DNA from: Bacteroidota bacterium
GTDB taxonomy: Bacteria; Bacteroidota; Bacteroidia; Cytophagales; Spirosomataceae
Length of the DNA stretch: 64,000 nt
Assembly: GCA_041191865.1 (NCBI GenBank)
Contig: JBEEOB010000010.1
Location: forward strand, 2,306-66,305
Reading direction: 5' to 3'
The notes under the pieces were generated by a model, which made no database searches, was not told the DNA's origin, and worked only from the letters and a program-made list of their open reading frames with translations. The position numbers and the translations under genes were made by a program. Of this stretch, positions 27,626 to 35,558 are shown in pieces. Within the stretch, counting starts at the first letter, position 1. Every line of letters begins with the position of its first letter.

Positions 27626-28388
27626 ACTAATTATCGGGATCTTACTCTTACATTGTGCGGCTAGTTTTGGGCAATCCATAACTCCCTCAGGGCGCTTAAC
27701 AACAACTCGGGCAGAATTTATTAATAAGGCCGGTAAGAAAGAAACGCTGGATGGCGTAGAACGTACTGGTAAAATCAACCTATTACCCCCTTGTACGAAT
27801 TTATTGGTTAATCACATCACAAGCAGAGGGGTAGCACCGGTGGCGAAAACGGTCATTTATAACTTGGCCTATTCGACCATCACGGGAGAAAATAAATGTT
27901 GGCTTTTACAAAACTTAGGATCAGCTAGTGCGCCGGCTAGTTCTACAGATAATACTGAAGCAGCTGCAGGCTGGTATTGGCAATTTGGGGCTAAAAAAGG
28001 GTACCAATATACATCTTCTCGAACGCCTTCATCTGCTTGGCCTGCTCAAGCGCAAGTGAATACTGATTGGGCGACAGGAAATGATCCATGTACCATTGAA
28101 TTAGGTAGCGGATGGCGATTACCTACCTATGCAGAATGGCAAGCAGTGGAATTAGCTGCCACAAATTTAACAAGTCTATATAATTCGGAATTGAAAATGC
28201 ATGCCGCGGGATTCTTGGGGCTTACCGGGACACTTGGGGAAAGAGGGAGCACGGTCCATTATTGGTCAAATACCTCCTATTCTACAACCCATGCACGTGC
28301 GTATGTAATCCCTACCTTGAGCGGAAGGTCAACTACCTCCACAAACGACAAAGATGCCGGATTTAGCGTTCGTTGCATTCGCGACTAA
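27615..28388 (+). CDS. Secreted protein with FISUMP/C-type-lectin-like C-terminal domain
   Basis: ATG 27615 overlaps the fibre gene by 11 nt; signal peptide; CWLLQNLG, GWYWQFG, DPC-x-GWRLPTYAEW, YWS, GFSVRCIRD. Confidence 0.75.
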   Translation: MNTRLIIGILLLHCAASFGQSITPSGRLTTTRAEFINKAGKKETLDGVERTGKINLLPPCTNLLVNHITSRGVAPVAKTVIYNLAYSTITGENKCWLLQNLGSASAPASSTDNTEAAAGWYWQFGAKKGYQYTSSRTPSSAWPAQAQVNTDWATGNDPCTIELGSGWRLPTYAEWQAVELAATNLTSLYNSELKMHAAGFLGLTGTLGERGSTVHYWSNTSYSTTHARAYVIPTLSGRSTTSTNDKDAGFSVRCIRD

Positions 28389-28428
28389 TATCATTTTTTC
28401 TATGGAGTGAAAAGCTTAATTTAGCAAA

Positions 28429-29508
28429 ATGAAAGCAAACGCATTACTCATTTTGATTGGAATAAGTCTTTTCGCTTGTTCAAAAAAGAAAGAAAGCATA
28501 AGTCCTACAAGGGGTAACATCACCGAATCTATTTATGCCTCAGGCACAGTAAAATCAACAGATCAATACCAAGCATTCGTCTCCGTTAGTGGAATTATCG
28601 AAGAAATATACGTTACAGAAGGTCAAAATGTGGAGGTGGGCACTCCCCTACTTCGCGTGTCCAACGAAACTCAAAAATTCAATTTGGAGAATGCCCAGTT
28701 GGCCGCTAATTTCAATGATGCCGCGAATAATCAAGGTAAAATCATTGAAGCAGAAGCGCTCTTACAAACCGCAAAAGCCAAATTGAAGCTAGACTCTAGC
28801 CTATTTATGCGCCAAAAAGCCTTATGGGGCCAACAAGTGGGAACACGTGTTGAATTCGAACAAAAAGAACTCAATTACCAAAGTTCAAAAGCCAACTACC
28901 TTTCCGCCAACCAACGCTACCAAGACTTGAAGCGACAAATCAACTTTAGTTCCGCGCAGACCAAGAAAAATGTACAAATCTCGGCAAGACAAAGTGATGA
29001 TTTCATCTTAAAAAGCAAGGTAAAAGGCACCATCTTTAGCCTGCTGAAAGAAAAAGGGGAACTAGTAAGTCCACAAACGCCCATTGCGACATTAGGTAAC
29101 ATGCAAAATTACAAATTGGAAATGCAGGTAGATGAACACGATATCTTCAAAGTACAATTAGGTCAAAAAGTTGCCATAACTTTTGATGCTTATAAGAACG
29201 AATATTTCGAAGCGAAGGTTAGCAAAATCGCTTCTATCATGAATGAGCGAAACAAAACATTTTTGATAGAAGCGGAATTTACGAAAGCTCCACAAAAACT
29301 ATATCCAAACGTAACATTTGAAGCAAATATCATTCTGAAGTCCAAACAAAACGTACTCATCTTGCCGAGAAATTACATCAAGAATGACTCTATCATAACC
29401 TTATCAGATGGAAGTAAACGTTTCGTAAAATTGGGATTAACCGATTTCCAAAAAGCGGAAATCATCAGCGGATTGACAGCAAAAGACCAAGTGATTAAAC
29501 CCGAATAA
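28429..29508 (+). CDS. Efflux periplasmic adaptor subunit (HlyD/MacA-like lipoprotein)
   Basis: Lipobox LFAC; SGIIEEIYVTEGQNV lipoyl-like motif; coiled-coil hairpin; VDEHDI. Confidence 0.88.
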   Translation: MKANALLILIGISLFACSKKKESISPTRGNITESIYASGTVKSTDQYQAFVSVSGIIEEIYVTEGQNVEVGTPLLRVSNETQKFNLENAQLAANFNDAANNQGKIIEAEALLQTAKAKLKLDSSLFMRQKALWGQQVGTRVEFEQKELNYQSSKANYLSANQRYQDLKRQINFSSAQTKKNVQISARQSDDFILKSKVKGTIFSLLKEKGELVSPQTPIATLGNMQNYKLEMQVDEHDIFKVQLGQKVAITFDAYKNEYFEAKVSKIASIMNERNKTFLIEAEFTKAPQKLYPNVTFEANIILKSKQNVLILPRNYIKNDSIITLSDGSKRFVKLGLTDFQKAEIISGLTAKDQVIKPE

Positions 29509-30761
29509 TGAACATCAAACTAATCATTCAGGTATCCATTTCACTCCTCTTAGCCCGATGGAAACAAACCTTAGTTGCGGCCGTAGGTGTCACGTTTAGT
29601 ATTGCCATGTTTGTAACCCTCCTCGGTTTCATGAATGGACTCAATGATTTACTCGATGGCCTAATCATGAATCGCACAGCCCATATTCGATTGTACCATG
29701 ATATCAATGTGTCGAAAGTTCAACCCATCGATTTGCTTTCTCCCCAAACGAAAAATTTTGTCCGATCCGTGAAACCCAAAAACCAACGGCTCGAAATTTA
29801 CAATAGTGCACAAATTATGCAAGCCATTAAACAGGACGAACGTGTTCTCGGTGTTGCACCCAAAATAAACGCACAAGTTTTTTACAATGTAGGTAGTGTT
29901 GACCTTACGGGTGTAATTAATGGCATTGACCCGGATGAGGAAAACCGCTTATTTATGTTTTCCGACTATGTCACAACGGGCAATTACCTTGATTTAAAAA
30001 ACATTCCCAATAGCATCATTTTAGGAAAAGGGGTAGCCGATAAAATGGCAGCCAACATCGGTGATGTGGTACAAGTAACCACGAGCAAAGGAGAACGATT
30101 GCAATTAAAAGTTGTCGGCTTTTTCCAATCCGGCCTTCAGGATTTAGACCGCGTACAAAGTTATTGCTCGATCAATACGACACAAAAACTCTTAGGAGTT
30201 TCCAATAACTATATTACTGACATTCAGGTCAAACTAAAAAATATCCTTCAGGCTCCTGCGATGGCGGTCGAATATCAGCGCTATTATGAAACGGATGCAA
30301 TCGATATCCAACAAGCTAACTCCCAATTTGAAACGGGTAGTTCCGTACGGACAATTATTTCGTATGCCGTTGGGGTGACCTTATTGGTTGTGGCAGGGTT
30401 TGGTATTTATAATATCTTGAACATGATGATATACGAAAAAATGGATTCCATTGCCATCATGAAGGCCATCGGTTTTTCAGGCAATGACGTCAATTTGGTA
30501 TTCATTTTTATCGCGTTGAGCATTGGAATTTTTGGTGGAGCGATGGGTTTATTGGCAGGTTTTGGATTATCAAACATCATCGATAACATACCATTCAACA
30601 CGGATTCTTTACCTACGATTAAAACGTTTCCGATCAACTACAATCCCATGTTTTATATTATTGGGGCTACATTCTCAATCGTCACTACCTATTTTGCCGG
30701 TTATTTTCCTGCTAGAAAAGCTAGTAAAATTGACCCTGTTATCATCATTCGAGGCAAATAA
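29508..30761 (+). CDS. ABC transporter permease (MacB/FtsX/LolE family)
   Basis: TM1, periplasmic domain, then 3 TM; IAIMKAIG, PARKASKIDP. Confidence 0.88.
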   Translation: MNIKLIIQVSISLLLARWKQTLVAAVGVTFSIAMFVTLLGFMNGLNDLLDGLIMNRTAHIRLYHDINVSKVQPIDLLSPQTKNFVRSVKPKNQRLEIYNSAQIMQAIKQDERVLGVAPKINAQVFYNVGSVDLTGVINGIDPDEENRLFMFSDYVTTGNYLDLKNIPNSIILGKGVADKMAANIGDVVQVTTSKGERLQLKVVGFFQSGLQDLDRVQSYCSINTTQKLLGVSNNYITDIQVKLKNILQAPAMAVEYQRYYETDAIDIQQANSQFETGSSVRTIISYAVGVTLLVVAGFGIYNILNMMIYEKMDSIAIMKAIGFSGNDVNLVFIFIALSIGIFGGAMGLLAGFGLSNIIDNIPFNTDSLPTIKTFPINYNPMFYIIGATFSIVTTYFAGYFPARKASKIDPVIIIRGK

Positions 30762-30763
30762 AC

Positions 30764-31450
30764 ATGACACATATACACAAAGAAGTTTTACGAGCCAGCA
30801 AAATCAACAAATACTTCCATGATCCGATGACGATCAAAGTATTGGACGATATCAATTTTAGCCTAAATCAAAGCGAATTTGTCTCGGTGATTGGTAAATC
30901 AGGATGCGGTAAGTCAACACTCTTGTATATATTGTCTACCATGGACACCGACTATGAAGGCGAATTATACATCGACTCCGTATTCATGGGGGATAAAACC
31001 GAAAAAGAGCTCGCGCAAGTCCGCAATGAAAAAATAGGTTTTGTGTTTCAATTCCACTACCTATTGAATGAATTCAACGTGTTGAAAAATGTCATGTTAC
31101 CCGGCCTAAAGCTTGGAAAATACAGCGAAAAAGAAGTAGAGCACCGGGCTTATGAGAAATTAAAGGTACTCGGAATTGAACATGAAGCCCTCAAAATGCC
31201 GAATCAATTATCCGGAGGACAAAAACAACGGGTAGCGATCGCAAGAGCATTAATCAACGACCCTTTTCTGATTATGGGCGATGAACCTACCGGAAACTTA
31301 GATAAGAAAAATTCAGAGATTGTCTTCCACACCTTTCAGCAGTTGGCCGAAGAATTCCATCAAACATTATTGATTGTGACGCATGATAATGAATTCGCCA
31401 ACAAAACATCACGAATCATCGAGATGCAAGACGGTAAAATTATCAATTAA
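30764..31450 (+). CDS. ABC transporter ATP-binding protein (LolD/MacB-like)
   Basis: GKSGCGKS, LSGGQKQRVAIARAL, DEPTGNLD. Confidence 0.92.
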   Translation: MTHIHKEVLRASKINKYFHDPMTIKVLDDINFSLNQSEFVSVIGKSGCGKSTLLYILSTMDTDYEGELYIDSVFMGDKTEKELAQVRNEKIGFVFQFHYLLNEFNVLKNVMLPGLKLGKYSEKEVEHRAYEKLKVLGIEHEALKMPNQLSGGQKQRVAIARALINDPFLIMGDEPTGNLDKKNSEIVFHTFQQLAEEFHQTLLIVTHDNEFANKTSRIIEMQDGKIIN

Positions 31451-31451
31451 C

Positions 31452-31967
31452 TTATTCTTTTACGATCGCTGTTACGAAGGGTTTCCCTTTTTGCAAGACA
31501 TGTAAGATGTATTTGCCTTGACGGAAATTTTGAAACTCTGTTAAATTAATTTCAGAAATTTTCTCAGGATACGTCGCCTGCCACATGGTACTTCCTAAGA
31601 TATCATAAATCGCAACATACGTAGGCATTGTACTCTCCGCAGAAAATTCGATGCGTAATTTATCCTTAAAAGGATTGGGAAATACCGTAAATGAAATGGG
31701 ATTTTCAATGGAAACTTGAATCTTTAAACCTGAATTCTGAATACTTTTTGCAAGTAAATTCGGCTGCTTAAAACCCTGGCGCATGGTTAAGCCCGACTGC
31801 ACACTAGTCCCCGTTACGACACTCGCCTGACCTATGACATGCGAATAATATTTACCATTAATTTGCTGCGTTCCACCACCCGCTGCTATTGTAGAAGAAC
31901 TAATAGACTGGGCATAAACACCTGAAAGTGATGCACAAAAAACAAGTATTAGTGTGTAAATTCTCAT
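31452..31967 (-). CDS. Small T9SS type A sorting domain-containing protein
   Basis: Signal peptide; short IAAGGG...SHVIGQ...QGFKQP domain; CTD VFPNPF...YDILG...GKYILHV...IVKE. Confidence 0.85.
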   Translation of the reverse strand: MRIYTLILVFCASLSGVYAQSISSSTIAAGGGTQQINGKYYSHVIGQASVVTGTSVQSGLTMRQGFKQPNLLAKSIQNSGLKIQVSIENPISFTVFPNPFKDKLRIEFSAESTMPTYVAIYDILGSTMWQATYPEKISEINLTEFQNFRQGKYILHVLQKGKPFVTAIVKE

Positions 31968-32005
31968 ATCATCGAACTAGTTTGACTTAAAGTTACGAAT
32001 TAATT

Positions 32006-33016
32006 CTAACCTGCGATGTATTTCCCAAACGGTATTCTTCGCAACAGCCAGACAATTGTACTCGATATCAATAAACAGATAAACGCAGTTAAGGGAATTC
32101 CGATACTCGGATGCCATATCCCTCCATATATCTTGATTTTGACCAAATAAAACAAGACGATGATATGCACCAAATAAACCCCGTAACTATGGGAACTAAT
32201 CCAATCTCGCAAAGCGCCCGTGCCTGGTATCGTTCCTTCATAGGACTTAAACAACATAAATAATCCGGCTGTCGACATCACCACACTCGGCGAGAAGTTC
32301 GCATAGAGCAAGCCATAAAACTTCCCATCCTCAAGCGATTGCAAGTAGGTTCCCTCCATTGTCCAAAGCGTCCCCACAAGAAATAAAATCCAGGCAAATA
32401 CACGCGAAAAATCATGCCGAGCAACGTAATAGCCTAATACCAAATAGCCCAAATAACCCGTAAAATAGGGCAATTTGATCGGCAGTGATAAGCCTGGAAA
32501 ATGGGGATTGTCAAACAAAATGGTGACCAACCACATGCCTAAAAAGAATTGAAGATGACTTTCTTTGGCTTGTCGGACCCAAGCGCCTATGATGGGTATA
32601 AATAAATAGACGCCGACAATCATGTAGATGTACCAAAAATGATAGGAGGCTCCTTCAAAATATTGTTTAAATACCCAATCAAAGCCCATCGAACGGCCGC
32701 CGTATCGTACCTGCCAATTAAAAATAGCGAATACCGAATTATAAAACAGAAAAGGAACGATGATTCGCTGAAAACTCTTCTTAAAAAAAGAACCCATTTC
32801 TTCCTCACGTGGCAATAATAAGGCACCCGATAACATCACGAAAATAGGTACAGCATAGCGAAATCCCCCATTGTAAAGATTCGCAAACCACCAGGCCGAA
32901 TCAGGCGTTTTCCCAAAGCTCAACAATACATTGGCTGCCGAATGTATCAGCAATACAGCCAATGTTGCTGTGACACGTAGATTATCTAAATATTGAACTT
33001 TGGGAGTTGCCATCAA
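32006..33016 (-). CDS. Membrane acyltransferase family 3 protein (polysaccharide O-acetyltransferase-like)
   Basis: YLDNLRV, AVPIFVMLSGALLL, YHFWYIY, SYGVYLVH; about 10 TM helices. Confidence 0.85.
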   Translation of the reverse strand: MMATPKVQYLDNLRVTATLAVLLIHSAANVLLSFGKTPDSAWWFANLYNGGFRYAVPIFVMLSGALLLPREEEMGSFFKKSFQRIIVPFLFYNSVFAIFNWQVRYGGRSMGFDWVFKQYFEGASYHFWYIYMIVGVYLFIPIIGAWVRQAKESHLQFFLGMWLVTILFDNPHFPGLSLPIKLPYFTGYLGYLVLGYYVARHDFSRVFAWILFLVGTLWTMEGTYLQSLEDGKFYGLLYANFSPSVVMSTAGLFMLFKSYEGTIPGTGALRDWISSHSYGVYLVHIIVLFYLVKIKIYGGIWHPSIGIPLTAFICLLISSTIVWLLRRIPFGKYIAG

Positions 33017-35097
33017 TAAAAGGGTTGTTTGTAGAATCGTTTTTTGGTCGCCGCATAAATCGCATTCGCAATCGAGCCTCCCGTAGGTGGCAATGCCGGC
33101 TCCCCAAGTCCCGTTGGACTAATGCCATTGTCTACAAAGTACGCATCTATTTTCGGAACTTCATTGCCTCGGATCATTCGATAGGCATTAAAATTCGTTG
33201 GACTCGTCACGCCAGCTTGAAAATTCAATTTGGCAAACATGGCATGTCCCATGCCATCGATAATAGCTCCCTTAACCTGATTTTCAGCTCCACTCAAGTT
33301 GATAACTTCGCCACAATCCGTGACTGCCGTTACCTGTGTCACTTGCGCTTTTCCGTTTTTCATTTGAACTTCAGCTACCTGAGCCACATAGGAGAAATGC
33401 GAGTAATACACACTAAATCCTTGATGAACGCCTGGTTTCTTCTTCCATTGTGACTTTTCGGCAACTTGCTTAATTACCTCCGCAAAACGATCCGGTTCAT
33501 ACGTAATCTTACCTACCGGATTGGTTTTGACACGTGTCAGCATATCCAAACGCATCTGAATCGGATCTTTTCCCGCAGCTTCTGCCACCTCATCCAAGAA
33601 CGCTTGCTCCGCAAATCCCAAGAAATTGGTAATCGGCGCGCGCCAAGGTCCTGTCGTAACGGCCGACTTTTGATCGACTGATTCTATCAGCACGTTATCA
33701 ATCGCCCCCACAGGGAAGTTATCTTGTCGGGTAGAATTACCCGCATTCAGCCCAACACCACGAAGGTAGAAGGCTGTCAAATTTCCTTTGGCATCAATAC
33801 CCGCCTTGAAATGGTAACGCACAGCTGGTCGGTAGGTTCCCCCTCCCATATCATCCTCACGCGTCCACATCACCAACACCGGTTTCTTGATTATACTTGA
33901 TAATTCCGCAGCTTCCAAGGCAAAGTCATTGCTCAAGCGCCGACCGAAACCACCACCCATTTTAGTTAGCTCGACTTGGATGGTATTTTCTGGAACGCCT
34001 AACAAAGTCGCAACTGCTTTTTGTGCCGGTTGAGGTACTTGAGTTGGACCGGCCAATAAAACAGATCCCGGTTTTACATCCGCAAAAAAGTTCATCGGCT
34101 CCATCGGACTATGCGAGATGAATGGGCATTCATACGTCGCTTCGATTACTTTAGCCGCTTCTGAAATAGCTTTGGCAAAATCTCCATCTTTCCGTTGGAC
34201 CGTCGCCTTATCCGACTTCATGCCCGCATCAAACCAAGCCTGATGAGTATCATTACTTTCTAAAGCGGCTTCTGACGTATATGAGCAAGTCAAATTTTGA
34301 CGAGCTTGTAAAATTTCATATGTACTTGAACCAACAATCGCTACTTTATTTTTAAAAGAAACCACGTCGATGATCCCCGGCATTTTCTTCACATCCTCCG
34401 CAGAAAACGACTTCAAAGTCGCCCCAAATGGCGGTCGGACAATTTGAGCAAACACCATCCCTGGCTTACGAACATCAATCCCAAAAACAGGTTTCCCCGT
34501 TACAATCGATTTATTGTCGACACCGCGTACACGTGTTCCGATAATTTTATAATCCTTGCGATCCTTAAACGTCACCGTTGCAGGCACGGGCAATTTAGCA
34601 GCCTCAGCTGCCAATGAACCGTAGGAGGCCTTTTGACCCGAAGGACCCAACACAAATCCTTTGGACGTTTTACAAACATTAGCATCAACTTTCCATTGAT
34701 TCGCGGCTGCTTGCACCATCATCTGACGCACGCTAGCACCTGCTTTACGTAAACGCTCCCAAGAGTGTTTCAACGCACCCGAACCACCCGTTAATTGGCG
34801 TTCAAAATTTTGCGTATCTAAATTGGCCTGCAAAACCTCTACTTGCTTCCAGTCCACATCCAATTCCTCCGCTACAACCACAGGAAAAGCCGTTTTAATC
34901 CCTTGTCCAATCTCTGGATTCGGAGAATATAATCGAATTTTTCCCAAGGCATCAATACTCAAAAAGGCATTGAATCGACCGGGTTCGTTTGCAATCGCCA
35001 TTTCTGCACCTTTGGATTCGAACCAATCAAATCCCAAGGTAAACACGCTCGTAAAAAGCGCCGTTTGTTGGATAAAATTTCTACGTGTCGTTTTCAT
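33013..35097 (-). CDS. Xanthine dehydrogenase family molybdopterin-binding subunit (IorB-like), Tat-exported
   Basis: TRRNF Tat motif, EIGQG, MGGGFGRR, WRAP, GLGEPALPP. Confidence 0.88.
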   Translation of the reverse strand: MKTTRRNFIQQTALFTSVFTLGFDWFESKGAEMAIANEPGRFNAFLSIDALGKIRLYSPNPEIGQGIKTAFPVVVAEELDVDWKQVEVLQANLDTQNFERQLTGGSGALKHSWERLRKAGASVRQMMVQAAANQWKVDANVCKTSKGFVLGPSGQKASYGSLAAEAAKLPVPATVTFKDRKDYKIIGTRVRGVDNKSIVTGKPVFGIDVRKPGMVFAQIVRPPFGATLKSFSAEDVKKMPGIIDVVSFKNKVAIVGSSTYEILQARQNLTCSYTSEAALESNDTHQAWFDAGMKSDKATVQRKDGDFAKAISEAAKVIEATYECPFISHSPMEPMNFFADVKPGSVLLAGPTQVPQPAQKAVATLLGVPENTIQVELTKMGGGFGRRLSNDFALEAAELSSIIKKPVLVMWTREDDMGGGTYRPAVRYHFKAGIDAKGNLTAFYLRGVGLNAGNSTRQDNFPVGAIDNVLIESVDQKSAVTTGPWRAPITNFLGFAEQAFLDEVAEAAGKDPIQMRLDMLTRVKTNPVGKITYEPDRFAEVIKQVAEKSQWKKKPGVHQGFSVYYSHFSYVAQVAEVQMKNGKAQVTQVTAVTDCGEVINLSGAENQVKGAIIDGMGHAMFAKLNFQAGVTSPTNFNAYRMIRGNEVPKIDAYFVDNGISPTGLGEPALPPTGGSIANAIYAATKKRFYKQPFY

Positions 35098-35555
35098 TTT
35101 TTGACTTTTTTAGAGGCTAATGCTACGGCTTCTTGAATGCGGTGATAGGTACCACACCGACAAATATTTCCGGCCATACCGTCGACAATTTCTTGCTTCG
35201 AAGGATGGGGATTTTTCTTTAATAAAGCCGCTGCGGTCATGATTTGACCGGCTTGGCAATAGCCACATTGGGCTACGTCTAATTCATCCCAAGCTTCTTG
35301 AATCGGATGTTTTCCCGCGGGATTTAGGCCTTCAATGGTGGTAATCTGTGCATTCGCAACAGCAGAAATAGGTAAAACGCACGAGCGCGTTGCTTCCCCA
35401 TTCACCCAAACAGTACAAGCACCACATTGTGCGATGCCACAACCAAATTTCGTTCCTAATAGGCCTACGTGATCACGTAGTGCCCACAAAAGTGGCGTGT
35501 TGGAATCGATATCCAAACTGACCTTTTTTCGATTAATTGTCAATGTGATTGCCAT
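35094..35555 (-). CDS. (2Fe-2S)-binding subunit (IorA/CoxS-like)
   Basis: GTKFGCGIAQCGACTV, QCGYCQAG, NICRCGTY. Confidence 0.92.
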   Translation of the reverse strand: MAITLTINRKKVSLDIDSNTPLLWALRDHVGLLGTKFGCGIAQCGACTVWVNGEATRSCVLPISAVANAQITTIEGLNPAGKHPIQEAWDELDVAQCGYCQAGQIMTAAALLKKNPHPSKQEIVDGMAGNICRCGTYHRIQEAVALASKKVKK

Positions 35556-35558
35556 GAC

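Noticed and set aside
27615-28388. Complete diversity-generating retroelement
   Set aside because: No reverse transcriptase, Avd or template repeat visible in the window
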